A stretch of 57,273 bases of DNA, taken from positions 1 through 57,273 of the forward strand of contig CAMTYD010000031.1 of assembly GCA_947085915.1 (NCBI GenBank). The letters run 5' to 3'. The DNA is from an uncultured Parcubacteria group bacterium (GTDB lineage: Bacteria; Patescibacteriota; Minisyncoccia; Phycocordibacterales; UBA2100). Positions within the stretch are counted from its first letter, which is position 1, and each line of letters opens with the position of its first letter. The position numbers and the translations under genes are program-made. Positions 27,981 to 36,000 of this stretch are shown here, piece after piece. The notes below the pieces were generated by a model. That model was not told the origin of the DNA. It saw only the letters and a program-made list of their open reading frames with translations, and did not search any database.

Positions 27981-30788
27981 TTATTCCGATATGGTGACCA
28001 TGCGATCCACACCCACGTTCTTACGCTCCGTAATCTTTCCGGAAGGCCACTCAATCCGGACATCGACGGGAGCTTCGTTTGCCCCGAGACCGAAAAGGAG
28101 CGTTGAACTATTCTGCGAGCGAAAACTTCCTCCCAGAACTAGAAATTTCGTGCGCGTCGTATCTCCGGAAGTGACCGACACTTTTGAGCCAATTCCCGCA
28201 GAGTTGTTCGTGACACCCCTGAGTCTAATCGAAATAAAGTGTGTGTCGACGTGAGGAAGTCTATTTTCCATGAACGAATTTAATTCCGGAGCACCGCCGT
28301 ATACCGGTGCATTTCCTATAAAAACGTCCGGGTCTCCGTCGTTATCAAAGTCGGAAGTTGCCAGCGGAAAACCTGTTGCTGTATCCGAGCACATATCGAT
28401 GCCGGACCGGTCAACAAATGTTCCGTCGCCAAGGTTTCGATACAGACTATCCCTACGCAGGAGTGGACGCTGGAGCTGGGGGTCAGGCTCGAGTGATGAG
28501 CGTATGTTGTCGCCGTTCGCAGCATACACATCCTCAAGACCGTCCAAGTCGTAATCAAGTAACGCGATTCCCCAGCCTACGCCCGTTGCTCCGAGGCGTA
28601 ACTCATCGGTCACAAAAGAGAACGTGCCATTCCCCTTATTGCGGAACACAAAATCGGTAAGAGAATTTGTGACGAAGAGGTCGGCGAAACCATCGCTGTC
28701 GTAATCGCCAATTGCGACTCCCATGCCACTACCGTAGTAGTCCAATCCCGCCTCTTTTGTCGCATCCCTGAATTTCAAACCCCTTTCGTTCTTAAGGAGA
28801 AGATTGGCACCAAAGTCGCTGGTAAGGAAAACGTCGGTACGTCCATCGTTATCGTAATCAAATGAAATCGGCTGAAAAAACGCCCCGGACACTCTCGTAT
28901 ATGGATGAGTGCCTTCTTCTTGCGCATCGCGCGAAGTCGATTCTTCAGCTCGGATGATTCCGGTAACCGTGCTGGCGAAGCCCGTGTCTTCGGTAAATCG
29001 TTGTCCGGTATTTATGAACAACCGCGCCCTACCCGGGATGTGAAGCAGTGCATCGATCACAGGAGCGTTCGACATCCACTCCCCTGTTGTCACATCCGAC
29101 CCCAAATCAATAGCCCTCGTGACGATGAGACACCCCTGCTGGTCGAGAAACAGTTCTGTGCCGATGATATCTTCGACACTCGTACCTAGATCCGGATGAT
29201 GTTGTATCAGCTTACCTGCATCTATGCCGCACACGACGGAGGTAGATTTCTTGATATAAGGATCTGACAAAGTCTTTTTGAGGGCATTGTTTTTTCCTAC
29301 ATACAAATCTCGGCGCAAGCCACTATCGACGATAACGACGTCGAGCGTGCCATTTCCATCATAATCGGCGAAGGATGCTGCTGCAGCTCCAAAAGCTGAT
29401 TCATACGCCGAGAGACCGACATCCTGGGTGACCTCTCTAAAAAGACCGCCAAAATTCTTGTACACCCTCACCTTCCTCTCAAAAGAAAGCGGCTCGGGAT
29501 TCTTACTTGAGAAAGCTGGGCGGGCGTCAAACACAAAAAGGTCTTGCATTCCATCGTTGTCATAATCGGAAAAATACGCAGACGTCGAGTTTTTCTCCGG
29601 TAATCCTACTTGTCTGCTCACATCAGTAAATGTCCCGTCGCCATTGTTTCTATACAATCGACTCGCATCCCAGTACCCCGAGACAAAGATGTCATCGAAC
29701 CCGTCGAGATTGTAGTCTCCCCACGCGGCACCCATCGCAGACGGGCTGTTTTCTAGACCCGACCGTGTGGATGCGCGAAAAAGTGAGTTCCCCTCACAAC
29801 TCATAATGCCGGAACCTTCAACGCCAAAAAGTAAGAAGTCGATAGAAGGTCGAATGAAGGTTGGTCTGACGCTATGCTGGGAGGCCAAGGTAACGTACGC
29901 CGAGACACAAAGTATGAACGCGAGAACTCCCGTCGCGATGTTTGGAAGACGCTCCGTAAGCGAGGCGATACGAGTTGGCATGAGAAAAGGAAGTACAGCG
30001 TTGAAAAAAGCGACTCCGAATGAAGCCACGAAGAGCGCATAGCGCACGCCGGAAGCCTCCAGAGAGAAATAGAGTAATGCAATTGAAATACCATGAACTA
30101 TTCTCGGATAGAAGCCGCCAGGCGACGTTCGCGGGTCAGATATCATGAATGACGCAAACAAAACGAAAGACGGTCCGATGAGCCCATAGTGGTGGAGAGA
30201 GAAAAGACTCGGAGATAACGGAAGCCATATGAGGAGGAGAGCCGTATAGCTCATTACGAACGATAGCGTGGTTACGATTACACCCGCACGGTAGGCAATG
30301 CCGAGCGAAATCGCAAGTACTGCCGCGTACACATAGGGACTATTCCCCCACTGAGTAAATTCAATCGTCGTCGCGAATGGAGCGAGAAATACGAGCGAAA
30401 CTATCGCAATGTTAGAAGGATTAAATATATGTCTGCCTCCTCTTTGTATGACGTACTTAGAGAGAATTGCTATGAGTGCCGCGAGAGCAAAATAGGCAGG
30501 ATGGGATGCCCGAAAAAATATACCGATGCCAAGCGCCGCAGTAAGCGCACTCGACGGGAAAAATGGATGGAATGTTGAACCCGTATAACGTGCTCGAATA
30601 TACGTTGCTAGAAATTCCGTTGTAACGGCGACCCCGACAGCAACTACGACATCAAACCATCCGACGTTGAAGTTGAGGTACGGTATGCCTACTGAGAGGA
30701 AGGTGACTTGCGCAATGACAAGGAGTTGGAGCGGCTCAAGGAACCAGGCAATCCATGACCGTCCGTAAGCATATACCTTCTGCTGCAT
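27981..30788 (-). CDS. Fusion of a polytopic RnfD/NqrB-like membrane domain with FG-GAP/VCBS repeats and an ASPIC/UnbV C-terminal domain (CRTAC1-like)
   Basis: The N-terminal ~300 aa are multi-TM with HIFNPSN and ISDPRTSP motifs. Repeated DYD.DG..D(L/I)FV..... motifs follow. C-terminal segment GIGSKV.V..G....(QNS)...FGLG. Confidence 0.75.
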   Translation of the reverse strand: MQQKVYAYGRSWIAWFLEPLQLLVIAQVTFLSVGIPYLNFNVGWFDVVVAVGVAVTTEFLATYIRARYTGSTFHPFFPSSALTAALGIGIFFRASHPAYFALAALIAILSKYVIQRGGRHIFNPSNIAIVSLVFLAPFATTIEFTQWGNSPYVYAAVLAISLGIAYRAGVIVTTLSFVMSYTALLLIWLPLSPSLFSLHHYGLIGPSFVLFASFMISDPRTSPGGFYPRIVHGISIALLYFSLEASGVRYALFVASFGVAFFNAVLPFLMPTRIASLTERLPNIATGVLAFILCVSAYVTLASQHSVRPTFIRPSIDFLLFGVEGSGIMSCEGNSLFRASTRSGLENSPSAMGAAWGDYNLDGFDDIFVSGYWDASRLYRNNGDGTFTDVSRQVGLPEKNSTSAYFSDYDNDGMQDLFVFDARPAFSSKNPEPLSFERKVRVYKNFGGLFREVTQDVGLSAYESAFGAAAASFADYDGNGTLDVVIVDSGLRRDLYVGKNNALKKTLSDPYIKKSTSVVCGIDAGKLIQHHPDLGTSVEDIIGTELFLDQQGCLIVTRAIDLGSDVTTGEWMSNAPVIDALLHIPGRARLFINTGQRFTEDTGFASTVTGIIRAEESTSRDAQEEGTHPYTRVSGAFFQPISFDYDNDGRTDVFLTSDFGANLLLKNERGLKFRDATKEAGLDYYGSGMGVAIGDYDSDGFADLFVTNSLTDFVFRNKGNGTFSFVTDELRLGATGVGWGIALLDYDLDGLEDVYAANGDNIRSSLEPDPQLQRPLLRRDSLYRNLGDGTFVDRSGIDMCSDTATGFPLATSDFDNDGDPDVFIGNAPVYGGAPELNSFMENRLPHVDTHFISIRLRGVTNNSAGIGSKVSVTSGDTTRTKFLVLGGSFRSQNSSTLLFGLGANEAPVDVRIEWPSGKITERKNVGVDRMVTISE

Positions 30789-30841
30789 AGATTATTTTTA
30801 GAATCGAAAACTGAGATTGGAAAACATCAGGGGCCTCAGTA

Positions 30842-31093
30842 TCACCGATGAGTGCAGCCGGCCCAACAACAGGGTCTGCGCATTCCGCTCGTAAGCTTTG
30901 AGAGCGCCTTTTCGATACGGATACCCCGGGTCTCCACTTTTTTGCCGGAGATAACCCAGCAAATCCACTCGTTGCGGGCAAGCGGCGTGACATCTTCCCA
31001 TGTCGCTCGCGCCGCAGGCGTCTGAATCAGAGCCTTCCGTAAATCCTCAGGCAGCTTGTGTACCGTACCTGTGGCAAGCTGTTTTGTATCCAT
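30842..31093 (-). CDS. YdeI/OmpD-associated family protein
   Basis: LPEDLRKAL...ARATWEDVTPLARNEWICWV pattern. Confidence 0.7.
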   Translation of the reverse strand: MDTKQLATGTVHKLPEDLRKALIQTPAARATWEDVTPLARNEWICWVISGKKVETRGIRIEKALSKLTSGMRRPCCWAGCTHR

Positions 31094-31099
31094 ACCGTT

Positions 31100-31519
31100 C
31101 TAGGCTCCTATCAATCCCGGATTTTTAGCGGCAGCAAGAAGCACCTTCTTGAGCGCGGGCAGATTCACATCATCAAGCTTCTTGAAGCGGATACAACTCT
31201 TACCGACGCTGACTTTTCCGAGGTCTTTCTTATATTTCTCTGCGACATACTGCCCTGCGTCGACAGAACAGACATAGAGGCTTATGTAATTTTTTTGATT
31301 GGCGAGCGCAATCGTCGGCCAGGTAATATTCTCCTTTTTATAATTTTTATACGGAAACGAACCGTATCCGAGCATGTTGTAGGCAAAATGAGATTTCAAT
31401 TTTGGCACTGTCTTCTTTATGAAATTGTGCAATTTCAGTATCGTAGCTTTTCGCTCGGAAGGTACGGCCGCGATGTATCCTGCCACCGTCTTCGCCTTAG
31501 TCGGCTTAAACATGTTCAT
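31100..31519 (-). CDS. DUF1801 (YdhG-like) domain protein
   Basis: VAGYIAAVPSERKATILKLHNFIKKTVP... pattern. Confidence 0.75.
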   Translation of the reverse strand: MNMFKPTKAKTVAGYIAAVPSERKATILKLHNFIKKTVPKLKSHFAYNMLGYGSFPYKNYKKENITWPTIALANQKNYISLYVCSVDAGQYVAEKYKKDLGKVSVGKSCIRFKKLDDVNLPALKKVLLAAAKNPGLIGA

Positions 31520-31588
31520 GGGTGGATTATAACCGCATCCTATTCATAACGAAATTCCTCTGCAGAGAAGTGCGTCAGTGGACGTTAG

Positions 31589-32008
31589 TTAGTTTGTCTC
31601 GGAGCGAATTGAGGCCCCTGTTTTGTCGGTGCGATAGAAATAGCTTTTTCCTTTTGCGAGCATTTCAACTCTGAAGCCTGGCACCAATGCCTGAAGACAG
31701 CTCTCCGCCGGTCCGCCGAGGCCGAGACAACCGTCGTTCCATGTGGTGTCTGTGATTTGCAGAATAACGATGCTTTTCTCGTCGACAGAAAGTTTAGCGG
31801 CAAGGTCTTTGCGTGCGACAGCTGCGGCAGGTTCAACTGGCATGTCATGTATTCCCCCCGGCTGTGGATTCTCTCCGGAGGTAACAACAGGAGATTGATT
31901 TACGAGAGTATCCGTGTCGGTTGTCTGATTAGCAAGTATCCAATAAGCCCCGCCTCCTATAACCAACACAGCCAGAACTACTACAATAATCGAGGTATTT
32001 TGATTCAT
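31589..32008 (-). CDS. Hypothetical secreted or anchored protein
   Basis: N-terminal TM anchor (MNQNTSIIVVVLAVLVIGGGAYW). Start moved to the internal ATG. Confidence 0.55.
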   Translation of the reverse strand: MNQNTSIIVVVLAVLVIGGGAYWILANQTTDTDTLVNQSPVVTSGENPQPGGIHDMPVEPAAAVARKDLAAKLSVDEKSIVILQITDTTWNDGCLGLGGPAESCLQALVPGFRVEMLAKGKSYFYRTDKTGASIRSETN

Positions 32009-32095
32009 ATATAAAATACAATTAATGCTTTTGAATAAAGACGAATACACCTGCACAATCTTACAGCGTTTTCGCATCCTCATCGTGTGCAAAAG

Positions 32096-32198
32096 GCGTA
32101 GGATTCGCCTCTCCCTTCGGTCGAGACGCTACGTAAACCATAGTCGCTTCGCTCGTTGTTTACGTGCGCCTTCGGTTCGAATCCTGTCTCCGGAGCCG
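32096..32198 (+). other. tRNA-Asn-derived or T-loop-containing structured segment (unit A)
   Basis: Starts GCGTAGGATTCG and ends GGTTCGAATCCTGTCTCCGGAGCCG (compare the tRNA-Asn 3' end GGTTCGAATCCTACCCGCGGAGCC). Contains the 8-bp hairpin ACGTAAAC/GTTTACGT. No cloverleaf. Confidence 0.5.
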
Positions 32199-32336
32199 TT
32201 GCGAAAACTGAAAACCGGCACAAGGCCGGCTTCAGTTATCGAGCTCCGCACAGCTGAGGCCATTAGAACTTGGATAAGCCTGTATGGAGCGGGCTTGTAT
32301 GTACCAAACCTGACTTGAAAGCGGTAAAGTGTAGCG

Positions 32337-33608
32337 TTAGTAATGTGCACTTAAGTACGCCCGCGTTATCGCTCCGAAATTTCCGAGAGCGGGGCTCACG
32401 CCGACGCTCGCCTGGAATTCAGCGAGTGCCGCGCGGGTCAAAGTGCCAAAGTATGCGGTCGCTCCAACGTTCGCGAGAGCCTGAGCAGCCAAGCCTTTAT
32501 TTTGCGAGATCAGGAATCGTTGAAGGATCGTTACTTTGCTTCCGCTATTGCCTTTCGTAAGGTTGGCAGAGACCGTTTTGATCTGAACAGACGTAGCTGC
32601 AGAGCTTTGCTGCCCCGTATTCCCCTGGAGCGACTGTAGGGTGCCCATCAATCCGTTGAGCTGAGCCTGCAAAGCAATTTGCGTAGCTGACGGTGCCGGA
32701 GTCTGAGTTTGCGTCGCTTGCCCCGCTGTTCCCGTAGTACTTTGCGAAGATTGGGAGCCTGAAGGAGTTGCGGCTGTTTGAGTTGATGTCTGCGATGTTT
32801 GTGTTGGGGTAGGAGTTGGTGTTGGTGTGACCGTGACAGACGCACCTGCAGACGAAGGAATGGTAACTGCATTTCCATCCAGAGTAACTGCGGTCTGTGC
32901 CAGTGCGCGGCCGTTGAGCGAGGCACCGGTATTCAGCACAATTGCTGTTTGATCCAATATATTTCCATTGAAGACAGCTGTCGTACCGATGGTCGTCTGC
33001 CCTGCGACAACCCAGAAAATATTCTTCGCCTGCGCTCCGCCCGCGAGCACTATCTTCGCTCCGGAACCGACATTGAGACCTTGTGCTATCTGGAAGATCC
33101 AGACGTCGTTCGCGCCGCCTGAGAGCGTGACATCAGTCGGTATTGAGACGCCGGTCCCCCATTTGTAGACGCCGGGGGCGAGTGAGAGCCCGCCAATATT
33201 TCCCGCGCCGAGTTCGGTAACGTCAGCGGCACGCCCCATGGAGTCGGTGTAAGCGGTTTGCATGTCGAGAACCGCCGTAGTCAGATTCGCAGGAGTTGGG
33301 GCAGCATAGTCGGAAGCGTATACTTTTCCGGTTACAAGAGCAGAGGTGGAAAATGCGCCCGCTGCAGGAAGGGTTAATGCAAATCCTGTCATATACGTCG
33401 CGGCTACCGGACTGACCCCAAGATCTCCAACGATAGAGGTGGCTCCCGTAGTGGAGATACCTGTCTTCGTGAGGATAACGAAGTCACCCGCCGCGCCAAG
33501 ATTAACCGCCGCTGGGCTGGCCGCAAATGCGGCAAACGGTGTCATGAGCACCAGCATGGTCGAAGCTGTCAACATTGTTCGTATTGAATGTGTATTGGAA
33601 TTTTTCAT
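32337..33608 (-). CDS. Secreted DUF3494 (ice-binding-like) beta-helix protein with a T/P/Q/S linker and a C-terminal peptidoglycan-binding domain
   Basis: Signal peptide. LGAAGDFVILTKTGISTTG...IVGDLGVSP...APGVYKW is typical of DUF3494. C-terminal PG_binding_1-like KVTILQRFL...YFGTLTRAALAEFQ. Confidence 0.8.
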   Translation of the reverse strand: MKNSNTHSIRTMLTASTMLVLMTPFAAFAASPAAVNLGAAGDFVILTKTGISTTGATSIVGDLGVSPVAATYMTGFALTLPAAGAFSTSALVTGKVYASDYAAPTPANLTTAVLDMQTAYTDSMGRAADVTELGAGNIGGLSLAPGVYKWGTGVSIPTDVTLSGGANDVWIFQIAQGLNVGSGAKIVLAGGAQAKNIFWVVAGQTTIGTTAVFNGNILDQTAIVLNTGASLNGRALAQTAVTLDGNAVTIPSSAGASVTVTPTPTPTPTQTSQTSTQTAATPSGSQSSQSTTGTAGQATQTQTPAPSATQIALQAQLNGLMGTLQSLQGNTGQQSSAATSVQIKTVSANLTKGNSGSKVTILQRFLISQNKGLAAQALANVGATAYFGTLTRAALAEFQASVGVSPALGNFGAITRAYLSAHY

Positions 33609-33936
33609 ATATATTTTTCACCTCACGTGGATAATTGATAATTGGACAAAACAGTATTGAGTCCCGGCGACGAGTGGGACTGGCGACGTGGCAGCTGATA
33701 CGCCGCACAGATAGATAGGGATAGGAAGATTCCACTGGACGCGCAATCAGTCTATCCGTAGTACCGTGCTACACATCGTGACACGCCTCTCATGAAATTT
33801 GCATGAAGTTCAGCTGTACCGCACTGATGGTGTGCGTCTTCCGTTCGAATCAGTACCTGCGTTTTACCACGTCGAAAATCTGCTGATTTTGCGACGCGAT
33901 TTTTGCTCTCACTTTGTTCGAAAAAACCGGCTTCGC

Positions 33937-34083
33937 GCGTAGGAATTTCTCCCTCGACTAAATCCGCGCCGTCGCGCGGTTTTGTCTGGGCACCGCCTCA
34001 CGGCGACGCAAGTTTGCGTCGCATCTCTCCGGCGTTCGAATCCTACCCGGGCTGTGCGCAGGCACAGCCCTCCGTCGGAGCCG
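33937..34083 (+). other. tRNA-Asn-derived or T-loop-containing structured segment (unit B)
   Basis: GCGTAGGAATTT...GTTCGAATCCTACCCGG-(9-bp hairpin GGGCTGTGC/GCACAGCCC)-TCCGTCGGAGCCG. Same architecture as unit A. Opposite orientation to the real tRNA-Asn gene. Confidence 0.5.
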
Positions 34084-34089
34084 TATACG

Positions 34090-34116
34090 AAAAAACACCC
34101 TATCGGGTGTCTTTTC
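34090..34116. terminator. Bidirectional terminator hairpin
   Basis: ACACCC-TATC-GGGTGT flanked by an A-run and a T-run. On the minus strand it sits just after the tRNA-Asn 3' end. Confidence 0.6.
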
Positions 34117-34122
34117 TCTCGG

Positions 34123-34421
34123 CTCCGCGGGTAGGATTCGAACCTACAACCAACTCCTTACACGTAATCCCCCTATTACTAAGGGCGTGGACTATATCAT
34201 CATCCCAGTCCTTCAACTGTCGGATGCGAGGCGCTTCGTGCCGGCGTTTGCCGGTACTACTCCTTTGCAGGATAGTCTCTACACCTTTCCCGCCTTAGGC
34301 GGGACTTGGCTCGGGATTGCCCCAGTGGGGTTTCCCCGAATTCACCTCGTTTTTCAATCTCGAATTCCTTCGAGAAGCTGCCTTTTGACAGGGAGCTGCG
34401 CTACCGTTGCGCCACCGCGGA
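34123..34421 (-). tRNA. tRNA-Asn(GUU) interrupted by a group I intron in the anticodon loop
   Basis: 5' exon 34421-34388: TCCGCGG TG GCGC AACGGTA GCGC A GCTCC CTGT. 3' exon 34160-34123: TAA GGAGT TGGTT GTAGG TTCGAAT CCTAC CCGCGGA G. The spliced product folds into a cloverleaf with loop CUGUUAA. U1-A72 plus G73 resemble E. coli tRNA-Asn. Confidence 0.85.
34161..34387 (-). ncRNA. Group I intron (IC3-like, 227 nt, no ORF)
   Basis: The 5' splice site follows a U that can form U.G with GCAG of the intron (P1). The intron ends in G. The core segments CCGAGCCAAG and AAGGTGTAGAGACTA match what I remember of pre-tRNA group I introns such as the Azoarcus tRNA-Ile intron. Confidence 0.8.
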
Positions 34422-34657
34422 ATATTTTGACCGTTGATTTTTAACAACGGCTGCGACTTAGTATAGCCGATGTTGGGGTAAGGTAAAAGACTTTCATAGT
34501 TCATGACAAAACATTCATGACGGCCTTCACGAATCCTTCAGATTGGCCATTTTTCGTGTTTCCTCCCCAATTGTCCATATACCTAAGCGCGGAATGCGGA
34601 TTGTCATACAGCTTCTCATACTTTTCTCAAAAAGAGGTCGCGTATGATACGAGCTCT

Positions 34658-34945
34658 ATGGACGGCTCACAAAAGGAACAGGACTTTCTTGCACTCTTTG
34701 ATATGCATGTGGATGCGCTCTTTTCTTACTGCTTTAGCCAAATCCCCGACCGCGTCCAATCGCACGAGCTTATCGAAAAGACCTTCAAGCGCGGATGGGA
34801 TCAAATAACGGAAGGAAAGAAGCTTGGAGTTGCCGAATTTTATAAGCTTCTTGATGAATCTATAACGACACGGATAGGCGTACGTGGTTTGTTTCTTCCG
34901 ACGCTTCTCGGTCACCTCTCGGTCAAAATGAGACACTCCTCATGA
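34658..34945 (+). CDS. Small protein resembling sigma-70 region 2 only (ECF-like fragment)
   Basis: FLALFDMHVDALFSYCF....D...SHELIEKTFKRGWDQI resembles ECF sigma region 2. No region 4. Start choice is uncertain (longer ORF from 34517). Confidence 0.35.
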   Translation: MDGSQKEQDFLALFDMHVDALFSYCFSQIPDRVQSHELIEKTFKRGWDQITEGKKLGVAEFYKLLDESITTRIGVRGLFLPTLLGHLSVKMRHSS

Positions 34946-34976
34946 ACCTTTCATAAAGTGGGTATATAGTAGAGAG

Positions 34977-35654
34977 GTGCATATACTCATAGTCGAGGAT
35001 GAGGAGCAGCTCGCCAAGAACCTCAAGAAAATCCTGGAACTCAAGGGCTTCGGGGTCGATTGGCTGAATACTGCAGAAAAGGCCCGGACCCGCATACTTT
35101 TGTATCGCAACGAATACGACCTCATTCTCCTTGACTTCACTCTCCCTGAAATGAACGGTATGGAACTCACGAAGGGTTTACGAGCCGAAGGTATCACAAC
35201 ACCTATCATTATGGTCACCGGCCATAGCGATACAAAAAATAAGATAGAGGTGCTGAATTCCGGTGCCGATGACTACGTGGTAAAACCTTTCTCATCCGAG
35301 GAGCTCATCGCCCGTATGCATTCTGTATTGCGACGACCGACCGCGACGCAGCCTGTCATGCATACACTGGGGAAGCTCGTCGTAGACACTGCGGCACGCA
35401 GAGCACACATCGGAGACACGGAAATATCACTCACGCTCAAAGAATACGCACTTTTGGAGTGCTTTCTGCGACGTCCCAACGAAGTCCTCTCACGCGAGGA
35501 CTTGTACAATCAAGTGTGGGATTTCAGCACACTCTCATGGAGCAACGTGCTCGATGTGCACATGAAGAATCTTCGAAAGAAACTTGAGCCCGCAGAGCAT
35601 TCTCTCCGCTTCGAGACGATACGCGGAGCCGGATATCGCCTCGTCATATCCTGA
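34977..35654 (+). CDS. OmpR-family response regulator (receiver plus winged helix)
   Basis: ILIVEDEE, LDFTLPEMNG and the C-terminal trans_reg_C pattern (VRGAGYRL). GTG start. No adjacent kinase. Confidence 0.9.
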   Translation: MHILIVEDEEQLAKNLKKILELKGFGVDWLNTAEKARTRILLYRNEYDLILLDFTLPEMNGMELTKGLRAEGITTPIIMVTGHSDTKNKIEVLNSGADDYVVKPFSSEELIARMHSVLRRPTATQPVMHTLGKLVVDTAARRAHIGDTEISLTLKEYALLECFLRRPNEVLSREDLYNQVWDFSTLSWSNVLDVHMKNLRKKLEPAEHSLRFETIRGAGYRLVIS

Positions 35655-35715
35655 TTCACAATTTCTTCATCCTCCGGGTAGTACGCTCAGAGCTTAATCG
35701 CTTATATTACTTTAT

Positions 35716-35931
35716 ATGGCAGATACAATAGTTACAAATCCGGGGACAAACGATAGCAGCGCAGTGGGCATGGTCGTAGCGTTCATTATCCTTATCGCCG
35801 TAGTCGGGATGGGATTCGTTATGTATCAGCGAGGTGTATTCAATAATACATCGAAACCTACGGACACGAATATCAACGTCACGATTCCTACACCTACTAC
35901 CGGTTCAGGTCAGAACGGAGGCACTCAATAA
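35716..35931 (+). CDS. Small single-TM protein
   Basis: 71-aa ORF with one TM helix, followed by a strong terminator. Confidence 0.45.
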   Translation: MADTIVTNPGTNDSSAVGMVVAFIILIAVVGMGFVMYQRGVFNNTSKPTDTNINVTIPTPTTGSGQNGGTQ

Positions 35932-35958
35932 GACGACGTACCTTCAAATCTATAACTC

Positions 35959-35986
35959 AAAACCCGCCTTGATTGAGGCGGGTTTT
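35959..35986. terminator. Bidirectional intrinsic terminator
   Basis: AAAACCCGCC-TTGATTGA-GGCGGGTTTT between convergent genes. Confidence 0.7.
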
Positions 35987-36000
35987 GAGTCGGAACACGC

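Noticed and set aside
32174-32198. GGTTCGAATCC...CCGGAGCC looked like the 3' end of a plus-strand tRNA gene. The same applies to 34034-34083 and about 33843.
   Set aside because: No T-stem pairing, no complementary 5' acceptor strand, and no D or anticodon arms can be formed upstream. These are tRNA-derived fragments or T-loop modules, not tRNA genes.
33903-34298. 131-aa plus-strand ORF.
   Set aside because: It runs across the terminator, the tRNA-Asn 3' exon and the group I intron on the opposite strand, so it is not coding.
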